A stretch of DNA of 64,000 nt from Octopus vulgaris (Eukaryota). Numbering within the stretch: position 1 is the first letter of the stretch; every line of letters starts with the position of its first letter. Below, piece by piece: positions 26,521 to 39,051 of the stretch. The position numbers were made by a program, and so were the translations under genes. Under the pieces are notes generated by a model. The model did no database searches, was not told where the DNA came from, and saw nothing but the letters and a program-made list of their open reading frames with translations. The stretch spans positions 75,826,001 through 75,890,000 of the forward strand of contig OX597823.1 in NCBI GenBank assembly GCA_951406725.2. The letters run 5' to 3'.

Positions 26521-29500
26521 GATTTTTCTATGTTATTGAAGTTATTACAAAAGATAGGTCCACGTTTACAGAACTGCACTTTGTTGGTAATAAGGAAAGT
26601 GAAGCACATTATACATGGCCGGGAGATAGAAAATAACTGAAAGAAGAAAGCGTTAATATATAACTATAAATATAATATTTATTAAAGTTGTTTAGGAACA
26701 AATCATTAATTGAATGATAAAAACTGTTTGAATGATCAAACAGCCAATACACAATGCGTACATTACGTGCAATATGGGCAATGAGCAATACGTGCAAAAT
26801 TACAAATCTAACAATCGTATGTTAGTGAAAACAAATGTTTTGGATATCAAAAATGTCAACAGAATTCAAGTAACTGAAATGCAGTATGGACAAATTCTTA
26901 TATTATTCAACTATTGTATTTATGCCCAAACCAAACATCATATTCCTTATAATTTTTTTTCTTGATGCAGCTGTTGTAGCTCTTGTTTGTGTGATGCACA
27001 CGCGTTTATTTTGCTCAGGATTTTGACATTTTCATACCAATACCAAATGAAGTGTCTTTCACAATAATTATTTCAAAGAGTTATATGTACGTAAAAACTA
27101 ATTGTCTTCGAAACCTGAGATCATTAAGGAGGAACTTTCATGTTCATATCCGAAACGGCTAGCCTGTAATTGATACTTTGGGAGGAAAATTCCATAATTG
27201 TTTATATGCAAAGTTATATTATTTCTCCTTTCCTCTTCATAAAGCATTTCACATGACGTAATTGTTTGGTGGAAGAACACTCAACATTTGCTCTGCGACA
27301 GGTTTCTCTCAATGTCAAAATCCAACAAAGAACTACGTTAGCACAATTGCTTCCATTGTCATTAACGTTATTTACAATATTTCCGTCTGGTAAAACATAC
27401 TGGTGTTATTATTGCATCTTTTATGTTATTGCTATTTTTCCAATGTACCAGAAAAAATACACGTTCAATTTCTGTTTACTGATTCTTTTGTGTATATATT
27501 TTCAATTCAATTTTTTTTTCAAGAGAGTGGTAACTATATGTCTCGGAGCTATTTTGAGCGAATGTAAACAGTGAAAATATCTATGTTAAAACGGTACTTT
27601 CATCATAAAACATAGTAGATCTTTAAAAAAATCTCATGTCTTTATGTAGAAAATGCACATTTCGCCACGTTCAAATAAACATTCAATTGTTAAAAGAAAA
27701 ATCAACAGATTGTAAATCCAAACAACAGCAACACGTAAACATGTCTTCCTGAGGGAAACATAACAACGATATCAACAACATCAATAAAATGATGATGATG
27801 TTGGTGATGATAATGATGATGATGATGACGACAACAGCAACAACAACAATCGCTCGGTAGTGCAGTGAAAGCACATGAAAAAATAACGATGTTGCCGAAC
27901 TTCAAAAGTGAATTAGAATTTAAGTGTTGTTTTGTGAATATTCGTTGCCTGTTCATGACTGGTTACTGTGTGTGTTCACGCGTGCGTGTGTGCAAGCGTG
28001 TGTGTGTGTGCACGCGCGCGTGTGTGTGTGTGTGTGGACATGGAGTTGTAAGTATGTGTATATACGTAGGTATTATCTCAGTGTAGGTGAATGCGTTTAT
28101 CTCAGAGTGTTTCTGTGACAAGAAATGAATAGCATTTTCAAAATATTAAATTGTATAAAGAAAAGGAAACTGAAAGAAAAATTGTTTCAAATAATTTACT
28201 ATTAAATATGAATGTCCTTCTTAATACCTTCGATTTGATGAGACGCAAATTAAGGAAATTATTTAGCCGGCCAGTATATCAGCAAGCGTCATCAAAGGGA
28301 GACTAATCTTAAAGTCATAAAGATTAGAGAAATGAGAGACAACCTTTCCTTCATAAAAGAATTGAGAGTCACCATTTCAATTAAATAATTTCAAGCATAA
28401 CCAGCAACCTATGTCTATTGGGTCGATCAATCTGTGAAAAATAACAGCAAATTCATTTCTGAAATTGTTACAATACTGTCTTAAGAAGAACGGTTACATA
28501 CTATAACGTTGCCTTACAACAGTCTTCTCCTCAACAAAAAGATCGGGTTTTCCACGCTGAAAGATTTATCATCATAGACCTACTCAATCATCTTATATAA
28601 GACCAAAATAATAGGTGATATATTTGTTGTAAGTAATTCATTTTTATTAAGGATACAATATTTACGGAAATATTAGCGTGTGATTAATTCACCAAATTAG
28701 CTTGCATGTACTAGTGAAATAGTACACCTATCAGCTCCACTATGATTTCTTTATTTTTCTTCATTATTTCCTATTATATGAGCATTAATCCACCTTTTTA
28801 TCAAACCTAAAATAGTATGACTATCTATTTAATCCAAACAATTCTCATTTTAATTATCCTACAATTATTGATATTTTTCGTATTTGCTAATGAAATTGAG
28901 TACGGAAGATGTTCTGATCATATTTGTGTTAACCAATTTAATATCACGCTTTATTCGTCATGTAACACCCTCCTACATCCTTACCATCCCCTCACCGTGT
29001 CCACAAGTCAATACAAACAGTTGATAATAATATTTGATTATAAAATCGGCATAACGGTCGAAATGCACAGGGACTGACGCTATGTTCCCATCAAGCGTTT
29101 AATTGTTCTTATACACTGGAATCAATGTTTTGGATGCCACTCAATACAGGTAGAAAAAAAACCAAATTAAATATACATTAAATATACAGATACTACAAAG
29201 AATAACTACCGTTGAAAATTTTTACAGGTGATAATAGTAAATATTATTGCCTTGAGCTAATCAAGACACCGTATATCATATACAAGTATGGTCGTATGTG
29301 ATTTATGATTAAGTGAGTGTCATGATTTATGGCTGTAAATGTTTTAGATTTGCTATATTTGTACGGCCGATGTTCTCATTAATGTTGTTACAATGTTTAA
29401 TTATATCATTCAGTAGTCATTAGTATCACAATTTAAGGAGAATTATGAAACAAGTGGTTGAGATAAATAACGTGTACTGTTTTTAGGTGAGGCAGTGACA

Positions 29501-30042
29501 AAACATTTCTTCAGTGTTGGATATTTTAAAAGTATTTATCTGTTTACGAGAAGGAAAAGAAGTATTGAAAGTACAGTAATGACTTGGGAAATAAATGGAA
29601 CAGATTACAAATTACTGGCTTGATATACCGAAACTATAGTATGTTTAATTCTATATGGGACAGGAAATATGTAGGTGAATAACTGCGCTCACGTACGAGC
29701 ATACTGACGTAAACAGACTCTCTCTCTCTCTCACCGTCTCTCTCCATGTGTTCCTGCCTGCGTGCGTATGTGTATGAGAGAGAAAGAGTGAGGGAGAGAA
29801 AGAGAGAGAGGGAATGAGAGTGTCTAAATAATTATGAAATCCGCAATTTCAAACCATTAAGTATTTGTTGAAAAATATTTGTCTCCGTCACCCATCTGGT
29901 TGAGAGACTTCATAGCTTAATTCATTCATGGATGGATACAAAACAGATGTTGCATGCAAATGCAAGATAATAATATTATACATATATATAATGGCTGATC
30001 GTTAATAAGGAGAGACACACACATAAGAAAGAAGAAAGCAAA

Positions 30043-30088
30043 CGACCACTGATGAGGTCACAGAAGTGTGACGAAAGAACTCTGGCCG
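30043..30088 (+). ncRNA. Minimal type I hammerhead ribozyme in a ~220-bp element between (TA)n tracts (29990-30209)
   Basis: cgacca CTGATGA g GTCACA gaag TGTGAC GAAA GAAC TC tggccg. Stem I 5/6 bp, stem II 6 bp, minimal stem III. Confidence 0.75.
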
Positions 30089-30205
30089 AAATAAGATTAA
30101 GATTAATGTAAAAAATAAATAAAGCTGAAGCAAATTAACATCTAATATACTGTATAATGCGTGTGTTTTTATTGGCTAAACTGGCAACATGGCCATTTCT
30201 AAAAT

Positions 30206-30242
<37 letters not shown>

Positions 30243-30369
30243 TACATACATACATACATGCATACATACATACATATACGTATGTTTTAGATAATAAAAC
30301 GAATGATTAACACCTGGTAGCTTTCTGGCAAATCACGGTCACTTTCACAGTGTTCGTTGTGTATAGGCT

Positions 30370-31110
30370 AAATGAAAGACGGATGATGGAATATACGAGA
30401 ATTTTTATTAATAATCACGACAATTTTTTTCGACATATTTATCATTCGGTCCTCACGAGTGGGACTCTTAACAACTGGTTCAGAAGCATCCAACGGTGCA
30501 AATGTGTAGCGTCTGGTGATAAACAGATACAACTCGTTAAAATAATAGTTCCGCAATGTATCTTCTCTTTTCGTTGAAAGAAAAGCAGCAAAACGAAGGT
30601 AATATCTCCATTTATAAAGAATTTCAAAAATAAAATCACAGATGCAAAAATGAAACGAATACGCACTACAGCGAGAAAAAATTATTTAAAATAACTTTTA
30701 ACAAATATGTATGTATAAACCCCCTCAGGCAAGCTGCATGGCGCATGTGCACTCACTCATAGAAGCATTCGCAAGAATGTAAACATACGTACACGTTTGG
30801 TTTGGTTCATTCACATTCACGAAGCGAGTTAAATAGCTACTTGGTATTTATAAGAAAGAGAAGTTAAAGCTAAATCTAATTAATCCATACCTTAAAGTAA
30901 ATTACGATAAGAGTTCCTCAAATTTACTCCCCTGCATTGTGAGATGGTATATTTATATGCGTTAGGCATCTTGAAAGTCTTTCAGAAATTCTATTAGCAA
31001 TCTTCTCAATGGTCCACAGTATAGGCAGGGATTCTTCGGAGAAGAGTCGGCATCTACTGGAAATGATAGTGTACGGTTTCACGTGCTTCACTATGGATCA
31101 ATTTATATCG
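30370..31110 (-). mobile_element. 5'-truncated Penelope-like element, same family as 6960-7920, with degenerate HHR (~30414-30462)
   Basis: Shares gatacaactcgttaaaataa, tacagcgagaaa and aaatagctactt. Minus frame SIVKHVKPYTIISSRCRLFSEESL (GIY-YIG C-terminus). Confidence 0.75.
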
Positions 31111-31236
31111 TACTTAATTTTATCTTCCTTTAGTCACCACACAAAATCCGTTATATACATACATACATACATATATATATATACATACACACACAAACAC
31201 ATATATACATACATATATACATATATATATATATAC

Positions 31237-31271
<35 letters not shown>

Positions 31272-31491
31272 ATATGTATGTATCAAGATAACTAATATAT
31301 ATATTCAATATATATATTTGTAACAAAAGTAGTGTTGATCTGCCAAAAGGGAAATTTTGCATGACAGATTTCGAATAAAGTAACCGAAAAATTAAGAGTT
31401 CAGTCAAATGTCAGAGGCTCAGCACGGATATACGCTAAGATTCGATTTGTTTGTACCATCAGGAATCTTTTCGTGGATTCATGAAGTCATT

Positions 31492-31547
31492 GCAATACGT
31501 TTCGTACATTGGTTTTCAAACCACAAAACCATGCCCACATCATGAAA
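31492..31547 (-). ncRNA. Degenerate hammerhead-like motif
   Basis: Minus: cATGATGT ggg catggtttt...aaaaccaatg tac GAAAC GTA. Core mutated. Confidence 0.35.
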
Positions 31548-32179
31548 TCGTATCGTATCAATTATATCTATTATGAATACTGGAATATAATCAATATTAG
31601 ATTTTATTATATTGTAAGTTTTTCTAATCAACAGATCAGCCGTGTTCAATAAAAGGATACTGCTATGTGCTTTCTTTACAAAGTTTCGAAAAACTATTTT
31701 GCCAATAATGATTAATAGTTAGGGAAGTAAGATTAATTAAAGTGATATTTCACTTTAAAGCAAGGGTTACAAATGATGATTGAGATTTAGAAACATTTTA
31801 ATCAGAATTTAGAATATTTAAAATAACAGATATATTTACGTATGAAAAGTAGTCAAAGTGAGTCATGTGGAACTTAGTGCAACGTCTGGAAACACAACAA
31901 AACTTTAGAACTGACCTTCACATACTAGGTAAATTAATGAATCCGGAAACATAAGGCAACTTTGGGTAGAAATATCAAGGAGTGAGGAGAATAACTACTA
32001 ACATCTAAAGTAAAGTAAATAAAATATAAGAAAAGTGCCTTTTAATTCAATTAAAATTAATATTAAGTTTAATTTTGTCAACATTAACACAAAAATTAAA
32101 TGGTTTATCGCCCCTTTCAGAGCGACGTAAAAGTCTATTGAAACAAAAATTAAACGAAATTATCCAGTGTATCCTTTCA

Positions 32180-33890
32180 TTAGTAGACATTTACTGTTCC
32201 GTGATGATCTACAAAACAGTACACCATCCAGTGAGAGAAATGTTATTAAATGTACACAGTATAAAGAGTTTCTTGCCCTAGGTTGGTATTCATAACAAGC
32301 CTTGTGTCTCCAAGCAATCTACTGGCTCTGAGCATATTTCCCATTCTGTTTGGTAAATCAGGATGCTGATGCAAGAGAAATCACGAGAAGAAATATTTTT
32401 CATAATCTCTAGCATACGTTTTTCATTTCTAGCATATAGATTGAGTGCCGCTCAGAAACTAGTAAAAACTAATAATATATTAAGATAACTTAAGGTGGTG
32501 AAATGCCAGAAACGTTAGCATGCCTGATAAAATGTTTAGCGGCATTTCGTCCTTCTCTATGGTCTGAGATCAAATTCCGCCTTTCTGCTTTCTGTAGAAT
32601 ATATAATAATTACCTGATTAGCACTGGTGTTAATGTAATTGACTGAACTCCTCTCACAAAACTCCTGGCAATCTGCTAAAATTTGAAACAAATATACTGA
32701 GATAAGTATAGTGACGACGACATCGTTTTCTGGTAAGCATGGACCTGATGCATATGCAGTAACAATTCCTATTTCATTTGGTATATTTGTTCGCATAATG
32801 ATCTGATAATGAAATCTTATCCAATCAGCCGCTTCACCTCTACACTGGCAATTAAAAGATCAACATGCAATTAATGTAAATGTATCATTGAATACACTAC
32901 TTTATGAACAGTTTGATAATTCACAGTAAATATCTTAAATAGCAAATTACATTAATACACTAGTATCCAATTTTATCTCTCTACTTAATTCTACTTAATG
33001 TAACAATTTATAGACTGTGACTAAGCAAACATTTCACATAATTTATTGCCGTTCAAGAATTTATATTTAAAACTGAATTATAATCAAACAGCTAGCAAAG
33101 ATTTACGAAGACGCAACCGTTGCTAAGAATAGCTTGGCTAGTTTTACATGATCAATTCCAGTAATGATTATCTAGTAAAACCTACCGAGCTGGATGTTGA
33201 GAAATTAAGACAACGACACGCTTCTGATTATCAGCTAATCTATTTTCCTTCATATTTGCTAATAATAATTCGGCAGGTAAATGAAATTGCACATTTCTAG
33301 TTATCCCTATTTATCCGTATATGTCTTGAAGAGTGAATAAAAACGTTAAAGAGAGTTCTTTTTTTTTTTACTTTTATTTCCCTTTTCCGTTTTTATTCAC
33401 CCTTCAATTCTTCGCATCTACCGTCTTGTTGCTTCTCGTGACTTCTATTGTAACAACATCCTGATTTGCAAACAGAATACACAATGTGCTCAGAGCCAGT
33501 AGATTGCTTGGAATAACAAGGCATGTTATAAATACCTATTTCTTTATTACCCACAAGGGGTTAAACATAGAGGGGACAAACAAGGACAGACATAGGTATT
33601 AAGTCGATTACATCGACCCCAGTGCGTAACTGGTGCTTAATTTATCGACCCCGATAGAATGAAAGGCAAAGTAGACCTTGGCGGAATTTGAACTCACAAC
33701 GTAACGGCAGACGAAATACGGCTACGCATTTCGCCCGGCGTGCTAACGCTTCTGCCAGCTCGCCGCCTTTTTATAAATACCTGTCTAGAGTAAAAATCTA
33801 TTAGTAGCTTGTATCTTTATACTGCATGTATTAAATGACATCTTTCTCACTCGATGGTGTAATATTTTCTCGACGGTTTACAGTATGTCC
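32180..33890. repeat. Old diverged inverted repeat pair (arms ~32180-32392 and ~33430-33890, the latter split by a SINE)
   Basis: ccaagcaatctactggctctgagca is the reverse complement of tgctcagagccagtagattgcttgg; homology continues on both sides of the SINE. Confidence 0.8.
33538..33770 (-). mobile_element. SINE family B, full length, with a 12-bp target-site duplication
   Basis: Minus head aaggcggcgagctggcagaagcgttagcacgccgggcg and B-box gagttcaaattcc. TSD TTATAAATACCT at 33526-33537 and 33771-33782. Confidence 0.92.
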
Positions 33891-34074
33891 ACATTTAAAC
33901 AAATATATCGGGGCCACTAGACAGTAAACCATTAAAATCTTGTTCATGCCTGCATGATATCTAATTATTATAACGTTGATTACTTCACTTATGTTTCCCT
34001 TCATGTATCTTGTTTAAACGTATTCTGCGCAAAAAACAAATACGGAACAATTTTGTTCTCAGTTCTAAACGTGG

Positions 34075-34139
34075 CAAAGTAAATTATTAACTCGACCTGG
34101 GTGGCTATACATACCAACCTTTGTGGTTTTTAATATATC

Positions 34140-34177
<38 letters not shown>

Positions 34178-34187
34178 TAAGAGATCA

Positions 34188-34235
<48 letters not shown>

Positions 34236-34298
34236 AAGTAAATTATTAACTCGACCTGGGTGGCTATACATACCAACCTTTGTGGTTTTTAATATATC

Positions 34299-34352
<54 letters not shown>

Positions 34353-34361
34353 TAAGAGATC

Positions 34362-34391
<30 letters not shown>
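34075..34391 (+). repeat. Tandem duplication of a ~158-bp unit containing (TA)n
   Basis: caaagtaaattattaactcgacctgggtggc...aagagatcatgtg occurs at 34075 and 34234. Confidence 0.92.
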
Positions 34392-34393
<2 letters not shown>

Positions 34394-34515
34394 CAACAAT
34401 AAAGGAACGGCCATAATAGGCCATTCACCCACTAGAAATAACAGCCAAAGCTTCAACCGCAAATAAAAGTTAATTCAGTAAACCAGGAGAAAATTTAAAA
34501 AACATTTACCCTGTA

Positions 34516-34622
34516 ATTTCTTATACGATATACCGTTTCATCTGCTGATTAATGGTAAACTAACCTGATTAAATTAAATCAAGCCAATCTTCCACAGGCC
34601 CTCAGATTCTTCAGTAAGAAAT
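34516..34622 (-). ncRNA. Type I hammerhead ribozyme, mirror copy
   Basis: Reverse complement of 34962-35068. Confidence 0.85.
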
Positions 34623-34961
34623 AGCCCAAGACGGAACAGATATTTTCACGAGGCATTTCCGACGTTGCCAAGTTTATATCTGACCTAAAATTTTCAAATC
34701 GTCGCACTCGCGCCAAATTTATCGGCAGCAAATAAATATAAGCCGTCGATTCCATTACGGAATTAACCAGAAAATTCACAATTAATCAATATAGGGTGGC
34801 AAAAAAAATTTTGTAGAATTCTTTTGCCACCAGCGGCCTAGTAGGAAAAAATTAAAATAGTCATAGACCGTCGCGAGTGCGACGATTTGAAAATTTTAGG
34901 TCAGATATAAACTTGGCAACGTCGGAAATGCCTCGTGAAAATATCTGTTCCGTCTTGGGCT

Positions 34962-35068
34962 ATTTCTTACTGAAGAATCTGAGGGCCTGTGGAAGATTGG
35001 CTTGATTTAATTTAATCAGGTTAGTTTACCATTAATCAGCAGATGAAACGGTATATCGTATAAGAAAT
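34962..35068 (+). ncRNA. Intact type I hammerhead ribozyme with long stem II
   Basis: atttctta CTGAAGA atctg...cagat GAAAC ggtatatc GTA taagaaat. Perfect 8-bp stem I; predicted cleavage after 35060. Confidence 0.88.
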
Positions 35069-35364
35069 TACAGGGTAAATGTTTTTTAAATTTTCTCCTG
35101 GTTTACTGAATTAACTTTTATTTGCGGTTGAAGCTTTGGCTGTTATTTCTAGTGGGTGAATGGCCTATTATGGCCGTTCCTTTATTGTTGATGTTGAACT
35201 TAAAAATGGTCTATGACTATTTTAATTTTTTCCTACTCGGCCGCTGGTGGCAAAAGAATTCTACAAAATTTTTTTTTGCCACCCTATATTGATTAATTAT
35301 ATATATATATATATATATAAGAGGTCAGTGGATCAGTAGGATCAGTAGGATATATATATATAAG

Positions 35365-35535
35365 AGGTCAGTAGGATCGCGGTTTCGATTCCCAGACCGG
35401 GCGTTGTGAGTGTTTATTGAGCGAAAACACCTAAAGCTCCACGAGGCTCCGGCAGGGATGGTGGGGATCCATGCTGTACTCTTTCACCACAACTTTCTCT
35501 TACTCTTTGTTTCTGTTGTACCTGTATTTCAAAGT
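35365..35535 (+). mobile_element. SINE family C fragment
   Basis: ggatcgcggtttcgattcccagaccgggcgttgtgagtgtttattgagcgaaaacacc matches the reverse complement of 1020-1160. Confidence 0.85.
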
Positions 35536-36772
35536 GAAAGCTTACGACAAGGACATAAGAGATGACAAAGATCGGAAGGAATATAGATGTTGCACGGATT
35601 GTAGTCGAACCAAGAAAGAAAGATCATTGGCCTGGGCAATGGGATGAACGGCATTCTTCATTTATAACCAGTACAATTATTTCGACACATTCAATTATTC
35701 ATGACACATTTATGAGATTTTCCATACTCATTACCTTGATTTCAATGTGTAAAATGCGCCTCCGGATAATTTATTAAAGAATCCCTTCTTTAGATCATAC
35801 CATCATTTCACTGAATGTGAGAATGCATACGGAAAGTGATACTTCAGTTTCAACAGTCTACAAGAAAAATCCTGAAGGATTTAACAAAAGATTTATTGTA
35901 ACTCTCACTTGAGATGGAGGACTTTACAGCTGGGATTCATGATAACGTTTACTCATCAATTCGCCAATGAACTACAGCTGTAATAATGTGTCGAAACAAT
36001 TGTAGTGGTTTTAATTAAAGAATATCGTTCATTCCATTTGTTGTAATGTATCTTTCTGTATACGCTCCATGGATACTACGGAGACCCAACGACAGAGAGT
36101 TTATTATGTTTTTTAAAGCCAAATTATATCTTCAAAGATAAATGCATAATTCAATCTTTTTTTTTACCATAAAAATCAAAAATTAAATATTTAACAAAAT
36201 AAAAGTGTTGTAGGAAATAATCCTAATGTTTTAAGGTTATAATTTAGTTAATAGAGTTTTTTCTGTAAGAAAAATTATTATTATTTATTTATTAAATAAA
36301 TATTGTTTAACTCTATTTGCTTATTTATTTAACTATTATCATTAACATGAAGATTGACTATAAATTTAAATCGAATTTATTTCAATTCAATTTAAGCTTA
36401 ATTATAATTCGAATGTAATTGTAGCCATGAAACATACGTAGTTTTTACATATTATATTATATATTTATCATTAATTTTATACTTTTTGAGATCTAGTTAT
36501 AAGTTATATATATATATATCTATATATACATACATACATACATATATATGTGAGTGTGTGTATGAGAAAAAGGTTGATTTAAATTTCATCCTTTACCTTA
36601 GGAGATTCCAAAGTTAGATTTGTAATAAAGATTCTTCATATTAAATATGAAAATGTTTCAAGCATAAGGTATGTTATGAGCATTTATAGAACACGTATGC
36701 TATAGAAACTCAACAAACAATTTTAAAAATGTAGAAGGGAAAGTTTTAGATGTTTTATAAAATTTTAATCCA

Positions 36773-36889
36773 TGCATACGATTGTTTCGAACGGTAATAT
36801 TAACATGTAAGAAACATGGAAACAATTAAAAAGTAATTTAATTATAATTATAAATAAATTAATTACATATTACCGTTCTCCTTAGAGCA
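36773..36889 (-). ncRNA. Hammerhead motif with a core mutation (CTAAGGA), in a PLE-type AT-rich terminal region (~36650-37950)
   Basis: Minus: tgct CTAAGGA gaacggtaatat...atattaccgttc GAAAC aatc GTA tgca. Perfect 12-bp base of stem II. Confidence 0.65.
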
Positions 36890-38011
36890 AAAAAGAGTAC
36901 ATCAAAAAGAATACATCAAAATAATATTATATTGTTACAGAAGACTAATTTCGGATATTCATAATATGATTAGGAAAGGTGAAAGATGAAAACCTGTTTA
37001 GACAGTTTTGAGTCTAGTTGTGTATGAACTATAATTGATGCGGTTAACGGATATTTGGAAATCTAAGTGAAAATTGTTTAAGAAACATTCTCTCTATATG
37101 AAGATAAGCAATTAAGTGATATATATTCCATATAAAGCATTCGTCATAAGAAGTAAAACATAATATATATATATGTATATATATAAAAAAAATGAACGTC
37201 CAATGGACGGCATAGCTATATTTAAATTTGCATGTGATTTAACAGTTATGAGTGGTATACAATGGACATAATGAAAATAAATTATGTGTATTAAAAAGAA
37301 ATTGTTTTAAAAACGTCCTAGAATACGAAATACAAGCAGTTAGTATAACTTTGTGTATGTTATTTGAAATTCAAATGACAAAAATAATTAGGGTTGTGAG
37401 GGAGTAATTAGTAGGTTAATATAATGGAGAAATGTGATTTATTATTAGTTAAAAAGCATTATATTCATTTGTGTGACATAAGTCTGAGAGGAAGTATTAC
37501 ATAAAAAGATGAATAGTTGTTAATGTTACAGAATCGAGAAAGAAAATACTGTGGTTAAAAATATTGAAAAGAAAAAGAAACACGTACGATGATAAAAAAA
37601 TTATTTTAGGTGAATAAGGTAACAATGTAGGGGAGATAAGGCGAAGGTGAATTCGTAAGAAAGATATTTCGAAGAAATACACGTTTCTATATTTTAATAT
37701 TAACAATGTTAGTTATTTAAAATATTACAATAAAAAATTGAGAATCTAGTTATGGATAAAAGCGGTAGAAAACCGTAGCGATATTTATAAATAATTGTCT
37801 AACTTATATAACGTAGCGGTGAAAGTGAATATAAAAAGTTCACTGAGTTGTAATCTTTTTTTAAATGGTGATGGTTTGTCCTTGGTTTTTTAAAGAAGTT
37901 GTGTAATCTTTTTATGTATAGCTCAAGATTTCTGTGGAAGGTATTTCTTACTAAAATAAATATATGTATATATATCTCAAACTACAAATTTTTGACAACA
38001 TGTCGCTGCAA

Positions 38012-38095
<84 letters not shown>

Positions 38096-38423
38096 AAGTA
38101 CAATTTTTTGACAAGATGTCGCTTTCAAATTTTCAGAGTTGTTTATGTCTGGTTAGTATTTGCTCTCTATAGTATTCAAAGTGGTTTTCAATTTGTGTGC
38201 TTTAAAATAAACTATTCTACTATACAGTAAAAACTACAGAACTTTGGCTCATTCGTACGCATACAATTGGGATAACAGAAATTATACATGTAAACATGCA
38301 CGTACATATTCTCACATAAGCAAACATAGAAATGTATAGGCACAGACACATACACACACATTTATACACAAATATATACACACATACACAACATGTATAT
38401 ACTTATATCTATATCTATCTCTC

Positions 38424-38475
<52 letters not shown>

Positions 38476-38637
38476 AATATATATACACCGTTATATACCC
38501 GTGCGTGTGTGTGTGTGTACGTGTAAATATATTTGTACATTTATGATATTTAATAATGGCGAATCCATCAGTATGTATTATGAAGAAAAAATATACACTT
38601 GTAGATGTGTTTGCACATATACATACATGTGAATATA

Positions 38638-38715
<78 letters not shown>

Positions 38716-38969
38716 TATCTATATAATATTTTAATTCACTTGTAATGAATTCAGTGTTCGTCGCTTTTTCTTTGCATTGAAGATTGACGTATGTTTTAAT
38801 ATTTTAGATTTTTAAGCGTAAGGTATATTTCGTTAACAGAAATTAGGTGTTACGGATATATGCCAAAATACGGGGTGATTTTTAGACATAGGCGATTAAA
38901 ATTGTATTAATTAATTTGTAGGCATAGATGTCAACTCATTGTCGCAAATCTATATAGCTATATATGTGT

Positions 38970-39051
<82 letters not shown>

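Larger units (their letters stand above)
34392..35298. mobile_element. Head-to-head pair of circularly permuted copies of a ~494-nt hammerhead-containing non-coding element (retrozyme-like)
   Basis: A(34392-34712) x(34713-34779) B(34780-34869) gt A'(34872-35192) y(35193-35207) B'(35208-35298). A/A' appear identical; B/B' differ by one substitution and one homopolymer base. Confidence 0.85.

Noticed and set aside
34075-35298. CRISPR-like array or MITE interpretation of the repeats
   Set aside because: No repeat-spacer periodicity and a eukaryotic context. The interleaved A-B-A'-B' order does not fit terminal inverted repeats.
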